In this document: positions 1 to 9,167 of the stretch, in pieces
Layout of the letters: the number at the start of each line of letters is the position of its first letter
Position numbering within the stretch: position 1 is the stretch's first letter
Assembly (NCBI GenBank): GCA_039028615.1
Contig: JBCCHT010000008.1
Location: 226,345-290,344 of the forward strand
Direction of reading: 5' to 3'
Length of the DNA stretch: 64,000 bases
From: Myxococcota bacterium
GTDB lineage: Bacteria > Myxococcota_A > Polyangia > Nannocystales > Nannocystaceae
Made by a program: the position numbers and the translations under genes
The notes under the pieces: generated by a model
Told to the model about the DNA's origin: nothing
Seen by the model: only the letters and a program-made list of their open reading frames with translations
Databases searched by the model: none

Positions 1-126
1 GCCTATGCCACTTGCCGGGTACTCGAGTCCAAGGCGACGCCCGACGGGCTCGTGCTGACCCTCGAAGGCCCGCCGCACCTCGTCGAGCAGATCCGCCAAG
101 CGGGCAAACAAAGGCGACAGTCATGA
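1..126 (+). CDS. 3' end of a gene running in from the left edge; possibly the C-terminus of GTPase HflX
   Basis: Frame 1 is open (AYATCRVLESKATPDGLVLTLEGPPHLVEQIRQAGKQRRQS*). Its TGA (124-126) overlaps the next ATG (ATGA). The HflX resemblance rests on only 41 aa. Confidence 0.4.
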   Translation, partial: AYATCRVLESKATPDGLVLTLEGPPHLVEQIRQAGKQRRQS

Positions 127-1676
127 CCGCACTCCTCAACGTCAAAGGCCTCGGCCTCCTCACCATGGAGGGCCGAGCCCTGTTTCGCGACCTGCACTTG
201 TCCCTCGGGCGGGAGCAGGTGGCCATCATCGGGCGCAACGGAGTGGGCAAGTCCACCTTGCTCGCCATGCTCGCCGGGCAGCTTCGGCCCGACGAAGGGC
301 ACGTCGAGTCGTCCGTGACGCCCTATCTCGTGCCGCAGCATCCGAGTCGGCACGAGGCGAGCACGCTGCTCGAACATTGGCAGGCTCGTGTCCTCGAAGA
401 CCCGCAGATCGATCGACGGATCGAGGGTCTGGTGCATGCACTCGGGCTCTCGCCGCTCGCCTCCATCACCGAGACCGAGGGGCTCAGCGGCGGCGAGCTG
501 CGCAAGCTTCATCTGCTGGGGGCCGAGCTGGCGCAGCCGCGGCTGTTGCTGCTCGACGAACCCAGCGAAGACCTCGACGACCTCGGCGTGCAGTGGCTGG
601 TGCGCTGGCTGCAGAGCTTCGAGGGCGGGCTACTCGTCGCGTCTCACGACCGGAGAATCTTGCGGGCCTTCGAGCACTTCTTCGTCGTGGCCGAGTCGGG
701 GTGTCGATACCTGGCGGGGCCCTTCGACGAACTCGAGCGTACGCTGGAGCGAGAAGCCGAGGAGCAGCAGCGACAATACGCCCGCAACCTCTCCACGCTG
801 GCCGCGGCCGAGCGACATCACGAGACGGTCTGTCGCAGGCGGGCCCGCAAGAAGAACGTGGGACGGCTCCACGAACTCGCTCGCTGCACCCCGCGATCGC
901 GACTCAACGGCAAGCGCAGCTATGCCCAGCAGAGCCAGGCCAGGGCGGCCAAGATCCGGGAGGCCCGGATCAGCGCCGCGCGAGGCTGGGCCAAGGCGAC
1001 CCGACGGGCCCTCGCCGTCACCCTCCCGCTGGAGCTGCCCACCCCCGAGGTCGGCGTCGGCGATGGGACGCCCGTGATCGAGCTGCGCGACGTGGGACTC
1101 GCAATCGACGGTCAGCCCCTGTGCGAGGGACTGAATGCGGAGCTACGGCGAGAGCGGGTGGCCGTGGTGGGTCCCAACGGTGCGGGGAAGACCAGCGTGC
1201 TGCAGGTCATGCTCGGCGAGCGTACGCCCACCACGGGCGCAGCTCGGTGTCGTCGGGCGCGGATCGGGTCCATTGCGCAAGGGGCCACCGACTGGATGAG
1301 CGACGACTCCCTGGTCGAGTGCCTGGCCGCGCAGCGTCCTGAAGCATCGCTCGACGCCATTGCCCGCACGCTACTGCTGCATCGGTTCCCGCTCGCCCTC
1401 GCGCAACGGCCTCTGCGCTCGCTCAGCCCCGGAGAGCGAGTCCGAGCCGCGCTCCTGTGCCTGTTCGAGCGGGGGGCAGAGATCGAGTCGCTGGTGCTCG
1501 ACGAGCCCACCCACAGCCTGGACATCGTGGGCGCGCGGGCGCTGGCCTCCGCCCTCGCGGCCTGGCCCGGGGGGTTGGTGGTGGCCAGCCATGATCGCGA
1601 GCTGCTCGAGGCGATCGGCATCGACCGCACGATCACGCTCGAGTCGACTCACCGTTCGCGGGCCGCGGCCAGGTGA
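123..1676 (+). CDS. ABC-F family ATP-binding protein (two ABC domains, no transmembrane segment)
   Basis: Walker A GRNGVGKST and GPNGAGKTS, signatures LSGGE and LSPGE, Walker B LLLLDEP and LVLDEPT, two SHDR motifs, long basic inter-domain linker. Confidence 0.9.
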   Translation: MTALLNVKGLGLLTMEGRALFRDLHLSLGREQVAIIGRNGVGKSTLLAMLAGQLRPDEGHVESSVTPYLVPQHPSRHEASTLLEHWQARVLEDPQIDRRIEGLVHALGLSPLASITETEGLSGGELRKLHLLGAELAQPRLLLLDEPSEDLDDLGVQWLVRWLQSFEGGLLVASHDRRILRAFEHFFVVAESGCRYLAGPFDELERTLEREAEEQQRQYARNLSTLAAAERHHETVCRRRARKKNVGRLHELARCTPRSRLNGKRSYAQQSQARAAKIREARISAARGWAKATRRALAVTLPLELPTPEVGVGDGTPVIELRDVGLAIDGQPLCEGLNAELRRERVAVVGPNGAGKTSVLQVMLGERTPTTGAARCRRARIGSIAQGATDWMSDDSLVECLAAQRPEASLDAIARTLLLHRFPLALAQRPLRSLSPGERVRAALLCLFERGAEIESLVLDEPTHSLDIVGARALASALAAWPGGLVVASHDRELLEAIGIDRTITLESTHRSRAAAR

Positions 1677-2851
1677 TGGCCCTGGGTGCGACGCTCTCGC
1701 CACGCCCGGGTCAGCTCGGCCTCGGCGTCGGCGGGGGCGCGCACGCTCCACCCTTCGCGGTCCTCCCATAGGCCGAAGCGCTCGAGGGTGCGCACCGCAT
1801 CGGGGGCGTCGAAGTCGACCTCGACATCGAAGCACTCGGCCAGCCACGCCGCAGCCGTCTCCGCCAGGCTGGACTCGTCGTGGACCTCGCCCCCGCGGAT
1901 CAACGCATACGCGAGCAACGACTCCTTGAGTTCCTCGTGCCCGATGTTGGCGATCAGCCGATCGAGCACGCCCGAGCCGTTGGCCACGTTCTGGTAGTAA
2001 AGGTGATGCGTCATCTGAGATAGGCGCACGTGCTTGGCTCGGCGGTACCCGAGGATCGATCGCACCGACAGCCCGCCCAGCGCCGCGACGGCCAGCCACA
2101 TGAACTGGGTCGCGGCCACCGTGGTCTCGAACATGCGCAGCAGCAGGCCTCCCATCGCGCCCAGGCTGCCGCCGAACACCTTGAAGCGATCGAAGGGGCT
2201 CATCGCCACTTCCGCGTGGGGGAGCAGGGCCTCCACGTCGGCCACCGGAATCTCGCGAAAGAGCTTGAGGTTGAGGTCCTCTTCGCCCTGCGCCTGAAAG
2301 ACCACCGCCAAGCGTCGGTACAGTTCGATCTCGTGCTCGCGGCCCTTGATCGGTCGCCGCAGGCTGCGGATTGCACGGTGGGTCGTCGTGCGGCCGCGGA
2401 CCCATAGGTCGATCCACTGCAGGCGATCGGGATTGACCCGGATGCGGATGCCGTGCGAACTCGCGGCCCCGACCGCCGCTTCCATCTGGACCTCGTCGAG
2501 CCGCTCGTAGTTGGCCTTGTCGAGCACGTAGGCCAGGAGGTGTCGGAGCTCCGCCGCCCGTTCGCTCAGCTGCTCGGGGTCGCCGACCAGCAGCGTGTCA
2601 CGGGCCGGGTTGTGGGGATCGTAAGCGCGCTCGAGGCCGCGGCGCAGCGCCTCGATCTCCTGCCCCACCACACCCTCGAGACCTTCGCTCACCGCCTGCA
2701 GCTCGTCCGGCGTGCAGCCGAAACGATCGGCGTCGTCGATCAGCGCCGACAGCAGGTCGTCGGGGCGAACCGGGATGTACCGATCGTCGGGGAGCTCCAC
2801 CCCCATGCGGGACACGGGGGTGGGAACGCGGCGGGCGAGGACCTTGCTCAT
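1649..2851 (-). CDS. DUF3754/TMEM143-like membrane protein
   Basis: 400-aa ORF with LKLFREIPVADVEALLP, two hydrophobic helices, LYYQNVANGSGVL and EELKESLLAY..VDFDAPDAVRTLERFGL, typical of the family. Confidence 0.75.
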   Translation of the reverse strand: MSKVLARRVPTPVSRMGVELPDDRYIPVRPDDLLSALIDDADRFGCTPDELQAVSEGLEGVVGQEIEALRRGLERAYDPHNPARDTLLVGDPEQLSERAAELRHLLAYVLDKANYERLDEVQMEAAVGAASSHGIRIRVNPDRLQWIDLWVRGRTTTHRAIRSLRRPIKGREHEIELYRRLAVVFQAQGEEDLNLKLFREIPVADVEALLPHAEVAMSPFDRFKVFGGSLGAMGGLLLRMFETTVAATQFMWLAVAALGGLSVRSILGYRRAKHVRLSQMTHHLYYQNVANGSGVLDRLIANIGHEELKESLLAYALIRGGEVHDESSLAETAAAWLAECFDVEVDFDAPDAVRTLERFGLWEDREGWSVRAPADAEAELTRAWRERRTQGHHLAAARER

Positions 2852-2866
2852 GCAGGCGCAGGCAGT

Positions 2867-3844
2867 TTACCCGCGGATTCCCGAGATCACCTCTGCCACC
2901 GCGCTCGTGTCTCGGATCCAGCGCATGCTCCAATACACGACCGTATCGACGTCCAGCCCGCGTGTGGCCTCGATGGTGGCCCCCATCGCCGACTCGATGG
3001 ACGGATGCCCGGGAACCCCCGACTGCTTGTACGCCGCCAGCCCCATCACGATGGGCTTTTTGAACGACTTCGCCCAGCGATCGTAGAAGCGGCGCGGGGC
3101 GGTCTCCGGCTTGAGCCCGCTGCCCGACGTCACATACACCTGCGGCACCGCGTACTCGCAGAGCGCCGCCAGCGGCCCCAGCTTCGCCACCGGGGCGAAC
3201 CCGATGCCCGTGATGCCCATCGGGCACGACAGGCTCGCGAACTTCTGGCCGATCAGGGTCGCCGCCGCGCGGTGGGTCATCGCGTTGCGGGCCTGGTTCC
3301 AGGGCTCCTCCGCGTCCCACATCAGGGAAGCGGCGCCCGTGTCCTTGCACAGCGGGATCAGGATCTCCGCCGCCCCCTCGATGTAGCTCTCGAAGGGCAT
3401 CACCCAGCTCATCAAGTGGACCTCGATGTTCTTCGCTGCCGCCGCGTTGGCCAGCGCCACGATCTTCTTGCGATCGAAGATGTCGAAGGGCTTGTCCGTG
3501 CGCCACTTCGAGTGATCGTTGATCACGATATCGATCCGGTTGATCCCCTTCGACGCCGCAAAGTTCACCGTGTCCCGGGGCTTCTTGAGCGCCCGCGGCC
3601 CGCACCAAGCCCCCACCGTCTTGATCGACTGGGCCGTCTGCAGGTTCGTCGCCTCGTCGTGGATCGCCATGATCTCCCACGCCGGGGCGCCCTTTTTTGT
3701 GCGATCGGCCGCGTACGCCTGCACTGCCGCCAACGTCTTGCGGCCGAAGTGACCGTCGACTCCGACGGGGTAGCCCAGCTGTCGGAGGCTTCGTTGCAGC
3801 GCCGAGACCTGCGGCCCTCGGTCTCCCAGTTGCAGTGATTTCAT
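2867..3844 (-). CDS. Peptidoglycan-binding domain protein with a putative glycoside hydrolase-like domain
   Basis: N-terminal PG_binding_1 (LQLGDRGPQVSALQRSLRQLGY..VDGHFGRKTLAAVQAY). C-terminal alpha/beta domain with LMWDAEE (DxE) and AVPQVY. Confidence 0.7.
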   Translation of the reverse strand: MKSLQLGDRGPQVSALQRSLRQLGYPVGVDGHFGRKTLAAVQAYAADRTKKGAPAWEIMAIHDEATNLQTAQSIKTVGAWCGPRALKKPRDTVNFAASKGINRIDIVINDHSKWRTDKPFDIFDRKKIVALANAAAAKNIEVHLMSWVMPFESYIEGAAEILIPLCKDTGAASLMWDAEEPWNQARNAMTHRAAATLIGQKFASLSCPMGITGIGFAPVAKLGPLAALCEYAVPQVYVTSGSGLKPETAPRRFYDRWAKSFKKPIVMGLAAYKQSGVPGHPSIESAMGATIEATRGLDVDTVVYWSMRWIRDTSAVAEVISGIRG

Positions 3845-3948
3845 CGCTCGCTCCTCTTCAACGTCACAATAGGCCCCCGGTCGTGACATTGGCAAACCGG
3901 CCGCATACGGCCCCCGCCCAGCCATGGCATCCTCGGCCCGTGCCTCCC

Positions 3949-4548
3949 ATGCGCCTGTTCGGAACCGTCACCTCGCCCTACGTCCGCCGCGTACGGATCG
4001 TCGCCCAAGAGCTCGGCCTCGCGCACGAACTCATCAATACCGCCGACGACGATGGCCAGGCCGCCATGCGGGCTCTCAACCCCCTATGGAAGATTCCGAC
4101 CGCCCAGCTCGGCGATCAGACCGTGTTCGACTCCGAGGTCATCAACGAGCACCTCATGCGAACCCACGGCCCCGGCCCCCTGGCCTCCTTCGACCCCGCC
4201 GACCTCGAAGCCCGCAACGTCATCACCGTCGTCGATGGTGCCCTCGATGCTCTGATCAACACCTTCTATCTCGGCAAGGATGGGGTCACCGGGGAGCAGG
4301 CGAGCTACGTGGCCAAGCATCACGGGCGGGCTCGTGCCTCGATGGAGTGGTTGGATGCGCGGGTCGATGGGGCGTGGCTGAGCTCGGCCAAGGCGTTCGG
4401 GGTGGTGGAGATTGCCGTGTGCACCGCGCTCGAGTGGATGCGGTTTCGGGATGCGTATCCCGTGGGGGACCATGCGAAGTTGGTCGGGTTGATGGAGCAT
4501 CATGCGGGGCGGGAGAGCCTGGTGGCGACTCGGCCGCCTGCGGGGTGA
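3949..4548 (+). CDS. Glutathione S-transferase family protein
   Basis: TSPYVRRVRI, NPLWKIPT and FDSEVINEHL motifs. Confidence 0.9.
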   Translation: MRLFGTVTSPYVRRVRIVAQELGLAHELINTADDDGQAAMRALNPLWKIPTAQLGDQTVFDSEVINEHLMRTHGPGPLASFDPADLEARNVITVVDGALDALINTFYLGKDGVTGEQASYVAKHHGRARASMEWLDARVDGAWLSSAKAFGVVEIAVCTALEWMRFRDAYPVGDHAKLVGLMEHHAGRESLVATRPPAG

Positions 4549-4629
4549 CGGGGGCGTAGCGGCGTGTGGGGGCGGTTTCGCGGGTTGCGGGGCGCCCGGC
4601 CGGAGGCGTGGTAGGTTGGGGTCGGCGGG

Positions 4630-4806
4630 ATGATCTCGAAGACTCTGGCGTTGATCTTCATCGGGGCGGTGGCCGGGCGGGTGTTTCTGCGGCCTCAGCT
4701 GAAGGAGCTGGGGCGGTGGTTTAGTCATTTTGTGGATGTGGCGTTGGTGGTGATTGCGGTGGTTTATGGGGTGCAGCTGGTGATGATGCTGAGCCGCACC
4801 TGGTGA
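4630..4806 (+). CDS. Small two-helix membrane protein (58 aa, below the ORF-track cutoff)
   Basis: Hand translation: MISKTLALIFIGAVAGRVFLRPQLKELGRWFSHFVDVALVVIAVVYGVQLVMMLSRTW*. Confidence 0.55.
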   Translation: MISKTLALIFIGAVAGRVFLRPQLKELGRWFSHFVDVALVVIAVVYGVQLVMMLSRTW

Positions 4807-5074
4807 AGCGTGATGAACCACCGAGGGTGATCTTTCACCGGTCGTACCTGACCGAGGGTAATCTCCTAGCCACCCCATAACCTGTGTGGCCCGCAGACGA
4901 ATCAGCCATCGTTGACCTCTCCCTCGAGCTGGACGTTGGGACTTTCTGCCCGCCAACCCACGGGGAAACTTGAATCAGACGTGAAATCGTCCATCCGACA
5001 CCCGAGCGATCGCAACGAAACCAATGCAAGCAGGCGAGCCAAGGCCCGCCCACGCTTCCCCAAAACTTCCGATT

Positions 5075-5971
5075 CTACGGAGGAGCCTCGCAAGGCACTC
5101 CAAACTCGATGCGGAGCTTGTAGGTGCCATACGGAAACACGACATCACGCTCGTCCGCACTAAACCGCTTCCGCGCCGACCGGTAGTCCTCCTCGAACTT
5201 CTGGTTGCGCTGGATCGCTTCGACCCTCGCCCAACGAGTCCGACCAGCCACCCGAGGCCGCATCCCTTTCCGAGGCGCACGCGTACTCGGAGAGTCGGTC
5301 GTCCTTTGCCGAAGCACGCGCTTCATCCCGAGAAACGCCCCACCCTCTTTGCGAATCCGCCGGGCGTTCGTCATCTCCCGACTTCGAACAACACGCCGAA
5401 TCTCGCGGCGAAGCCCGCCATCATCCAGCTCTGGACGGGTCGCAGCGGGCCGCGTCAACACCACGGAGACTTCGTCCGGCATCTCGTCCGAGAAGAAATG
5501 ATCCGGTCGCCGAAATCGTCGCTCGCGACCGTACTCCCAACTCCAGCTACACAGCCCCTCATAGTCCTTCGCATACCTCACCAAGCCCGCTTCATTCGCA
5601 TTGCACAGCGTGTACACACACTTGTCGAAGATGTCCTCGCCTTCGCAAAGTGCAGGAGCGCAGTAGGGCTCGACCGACCACAGAGCCTCCCACCGCCCTT
5701 GGGCTGCATTGAGCGTGCGAGCCACCAAGCTGTTGAAATCCCGCATGAATGCCGGCAGCTCGCCGAGCGGATCGGTCAGGACCAGGTGGTAGTGGTTGCT
5801 GAGGAAGATGAACTCGTGCAGCTCGATGCTGAACTTCTCACGCACGTAACCCAGGCAATACGCGAGAATCCAACGCGTCTCCGGGGTCGGGAGTAGGAAG
5901 AACATCCGATACATGGTTCGGCGCTGAACCATGACGGATTGGCCTTCGACGACGCGGCGCGGGCAGGTCAC
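5075..5971 (-). CDS. Y1 HUH tyrosine transposase (RAYT/IS200-like)
   Basis: FIFLSNHYHLVLTDP (HUH), LPAFMRDFNS, W..EPY, YTLCNANEAGLV and C-terminal VFPYGTY. Confidence 0.85.
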   Translation of the reverse strand: MTCPRRVVEGQSVMVQRRTMYRMFFLLPTPETRWILAYCLGYVREKFSIELHEFIFLSNHYHLVLTDPLGELPAFMRDFNSLVARTLNAAQGRWEALWSVEPYCAPALCEGEDIFDKCVYTLCNANEAGLVRYAKDYEGLCSWSWEYGRERRFRRPDHFFSDEMPDEVSVVLTRPAATRPELDDGGLRREIRRVVRSREMTNARRIRKEGGAFLGMKRVLRQRTTDSPSTRAPRKGMRPRVAGRTRWARVEAIQRNQKFEEDYRSARKRFSADERDVVFPYGTYKLRIEFGVPCEAPP

Positions 5972-6063
5972 GAGCAGCTTATCGACCGACCTCCCTCCAC
6001 CGTTGCGTCAACGGGGAGGAACCAAAAAACGGCGCTTTGGTGCCAGCCCAAAGCGCCGTCATT

Positions 6064-6137
6064 CTCCTTGGATTCGTTACCCTCGGTCAGGATCCCCCAG
6101 CCCCTCCTTGGATTCGTTACCCTCGGTCAGGATCCCC
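6064..6137 (+). repeat. Two exact 34-bp direct repeats with a 40-bp period; REP-like
   Basis: ctccttggattcgttaccctcggtcaggatcccc at 6064-6097 and 6104-6137. On the minus strand the distal copy starts with GTAG and has imperfect ggatc...gaatcc arms. Confidence 0.9.
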
Positions 6138-6147
6138 TACGAACAGC

Positions 6148-8934
6148 CTACGCCGTAGGCTCATCCACCTTCACCGGATACTTCCGCACCCACCCCAGCG
6201 CCTTCAGACACCGAGACCCCCACAGCAACACCGGCATCAACACCACCCCACCCAGCGGCACGAGCAGCATATCCATCGCCGTAATGTTCCCATTATCCAC
6301 ATCCACCCCCGGCAGCACATGCTCGAGCGCGATGTACCGCACCAGGAACGCAAACCCAACCGGGAACAACAACACCGCCACGGTAGCCAGCGACCCGAGG
6401 CTCCAGAACGACTTGTACCGAGCAAAGGGCTGCCCCCAGTGGAAGCGTGCGCGCAGGATCTTCCGCATGGTGCCGATGAAGAACACCATCGAGAGGATGT
6501 AGATCGCGATGCACCCGACGAGCAGCATGATCGCCCCCCCGAGCGAGGCGTAGAGCACGAAGCCCGACGCCTCGGTGAGGAGGATGTACATGACGGTCAT
6601 GAACGAGAAGCTCATCAACACCTCGATGAGCGGCTCGACGGCGAGTGACAGGAACACGCCCACCAACAGCAGGAACGCGACCATCACGAGCAAAAAGGGA
6701 CCCACGAGCTTGAGCTCGGCGAAGATGGTCGCCTTCGCCCCCGCCACCATGTCGGCGTCACCCCCCTGCGCGGCCTTGGCCGGCGCCGTGGCGATGTTCA
6801 CCAGCGTCTCCCGCAGCGGGATCATGTAGAGCACGACCGCGAGCAGGGACATGAATAGGGGCACGTAGCCCATGATCCAGTCGACGTTGCGATAGAACCC
6901 AAAGACGGTCTTGAAGTTCTTGATGTGGTCCTGGAGCATCGCGGCGTTCTTCGCCAGGGGGCGAAGCTCGGGCTCCTTGAGCTGGTCGACCCAGTGCTCG
7001 GCGACGAAGGCCGAGAACGCGAGGTGACGGGCATCCTCGTCGACGCCCGAGGCCTCGAGCACGGTGCGCAGCGGCGTCTTGATGAAGTCGAGCCGCTCGC
7101 GGCTCATGGCGCTGAGGTCCTCGACGTACTGGTCCTTCTCGAGGACGTCGAAGACACCATTGGCGACGACCATCTTCGGGCTGGTCGACTGTGTCGCCAC
7201 CTTGCCCTGGACGGTCCGCATCACGAGCAACGTGCCGCCCAGCAGCGCGACGGTGACCGCGAAGGTGACCGCCGCGATGATGCTGGCCTTCCACAGCTGC
7301 GCGCTACGGTCGGGATACTGCTTGGTGAGCCGCAGCGGCATGAGCAGCACGATGATCGAGCCGATGCCGCCAAAGATCGCCAGGATGATCAGGATGATGC
7401 GGAAGCTCCGCGCCTGCGCGGCCTCTTCCTTCTTCTGCAAGACATCGATGACCTTGGTCCGCGCGAGCCCGAGCCACGCCCGCAGTCGCTCCTTGGAGAT
7501 GTAGGCGGGGTTCGAGACCGGGTCCGTGTGCGAGGCCTCGGACATGCAGTCGACCATGTCCTGCAGGCCGCTGGCGTCCGTCATGTTGTCGAGCTCGGGA
7601 TGGTCCTCGATGCACGAGGTGGACAAGGTCTGGATCGAGTGCAGCGGCATGGTCAGGAACATGCCGATGAGCAGCTCGCCGTTGGCCTCGATCTCCTCGT
7701 CGGTCATGGGGTTGCCCGACTCGGTCAGCTCGGTTTGGATCTCCTGGAGCATCTCCCCGGAGATCATGCCGAAGGCCTCGAGGAACGCGTTGACGAGCTC
7801 GTTCTCGCCCAGGCACTCGTACAGCGCGTCCTGCTCCTGCTGGGGGCAGGCCTCGCGCATGGCCTTGATGTCCTCGACCGACAGCAGCGACATGAGGCCG
7901 CGGAACTCGACGTAGAGGTCGGGACCGAAGACGGCTTTCTTGTCCTTCTGAATCCCGAGGTAGACCTCGGTGACTTCGTCGTTGGTGACGAGGCAGCTGC
8001 TGAGGGTCTCTTCGACCTCCATGCACTCCTCGCTCTCGAGGCCGTTGTTGAAGGCACACTCGGCCCAGGTGCCCCCCTCCTCTTCACAGTTGGAGGCGAG
8101 ACCGTCGAGCTGCTCGGGCGTCATGCGGTTGGGCAGCTCTTGATCCATGTAGGTCAGGATCGAGGCGACGACGGCCCGGGTGTGAAGCGTGTCGAGCAGC
8201 TCGGTGACCTCCTCGGTGTCGAGACACTCGATGGTGGCCTCGAGGTCCTCCTGCGGGCAGGCCTCGAGCAGCGCCTGGTAGTCCTTGGGACGAAGGAAGG
8301 TGGTGATGACCTTGGGCAGGGCGTCGAGCACCTCTTTGGGCAGCAGCGCGAGCGCCTCTTCGGGGTAGTCGATCTCGCCCCCCTCCCCACCAGCACCAGC
8401 ACCAGCACCCGCACCCGCTTCGGCCTCGGCGAGCAGCTCGGGGTTCTCGACGACCTCGGTAATGCAGGCGGCCGTGTCCTCGGCCCCTTCGCATGCGTTG
8501 GCCAGCGCCTGCAGACCCTCGTTGGTCTGAGACAGCAACAGATCCGCGTGCTGCTCGACGGCCGGGGCGCCGAAGATCTCATTCAGCGACTCCAGCACGT
8601 GGTTGGTCACCGCCCCGATCACCTCGGTCGCGTCGGCATCCGCCTGCAGGCAGCCAGCGAGCGCCTCGAGATCCTGCTGCGGGCAACGTTCCTCCAGGAA
8701 CTCCCGGTCCTCGTCGGCGATCGCAGAGTCGACCCCGGGCCCGAGGAGCTGAGCCAGCGGGCTTGCCGCGTCTTCGGGTTGGGCACTCGCGGTGCCGACG
8801 AAGGAACACAGGACCGCGATGAACGCGAACCAGCTGGCGACGAAGCCGCGAAACGTCGTACCGCGACCGCGCCGGGTCGCGAGGGAGGAGTCACTGACTG
8901 GTTCTGAGCGCCAAATCTTCGGAATCACTGACAT
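6148..8934 (-). CDS. Large membrane protein with an acidic Cys-rich helical extracytoplasmic region and a multi-pass C-terminus
   Basis: Signal-like segment ending ASAQ; three CPQxxxxAxxxCL repeats; about 8 hydrophobic helices in the C-terminal half. Confidence 0.75.
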   Translation of the reverse strand: MSVIPKIWRSEPVSDSSLATRRGRGTTFRGFVASWFAFIAVLCSFVGTASAQPEDAASPLAQLLGPGVDSAIADEDREFLEERCPQQDLEALAGCLQADADATEVIGAVTNHVLESLNEIFGAPAVEQHADLLLSQTNEGLQALANACEGAEDTAACITEVVENPELLAEAEAGAGAGAGAGGEGGEIDYPEEALALLPKEVLDALPKVITTFLRPKDYQALLEACPQEDLEATIECLDTEEVTELLDTLHTRAVVASILTYMDQELPNRMTPEQLDGLASNCEEEGGTWAECAFNNGLESEECMEVEETLSSCLVTNDEVTEVYLGIQKDKKAVFGPDLYVEFRGLMSLLSVEDIKAMREACPQQEQDALYECLGENELVNAFLEAFGMISGEMLQEIQTELTESGNPMTDEEIEANGELLIGMFLTMPLHSIQTLSTSCIEDHPELDNMTDASGLQDMVDCMSEASHTDPVSNPAYISKERLRAWLGLARTKVIDVLQKKEEAAQARSFRIILIILAIFGGIGSIIVLLMPLRLTKQYPDRSAQLWKASIIAAVTFAVTVALLGGTLLVMRTVQGKVATQSTSPKMVVANGVFDVLEKDQYVEDLSAMSRERLDFIKTPLRTVLEASGVDEDARHLAFSAFVAEHWVDQLKEPELRPLAKNAAMLQDHIKNFKTVFGFYRNVDWIMGYVPLFMSLLAVVLYMIPLRETLVNIATAPAKAAQGGDADMVAGAKATIFAELKLVGPFLLVMVAFLLLVGVFLSLAVEPLIEVLMSFSFMTVMYILLTEASGFVLYASLGGAIMLLVGCIAIYILSMVFFIGTMRKILRARFHWGQPFARYKSFWSLGSLATVAVLLFPVGFAFLVRYIALEHVLPGVDVDNGNITAMDMLLVPLGGVVLMPVLLWGSRCLKALGWVRKYPVKVDEPTA

Positions 8935-9167
8935 TGTGGGACTTTCTTCGCGGAAACCAACCAACGTCGTGCCCCTGACGTCGCGGCCACCGCAGCGAAA
9001 ATACCGACCTGGGCCGGATCCATTCAAACCGCGCCGAGAAAACGAACGTCCCAGTTTCGGTCACCTCACGACCCAATCTGAACGTCCGGGGCGACTTCGC
9101 CCCACCCGGCCGCGCGCGTGTAGGCACGCGGTGTACCTAGGCGTCCATCGACCCCGAAAAACCCCGT

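Larger units (their letters stand above)
4820..6140. mobile_element. RAYT/IS200-like element: HUH transposase with inward-facing flanking repeats
   Basis: cctgaccgagggtaa (4847-4861) is the exact reverse complement of ttaccctcggtcagg (6077-6091 and 6117-6131). A partial extra copy accgagggt lies at 4820-4828. Composition differs from the flanks. Confidence 0.65.

Noticed and set aside
6064..6137. Mini-CRISPR array
   Set aside because: Only two units separated by 6 bp, no spacer-sized sequence and no cas genes.
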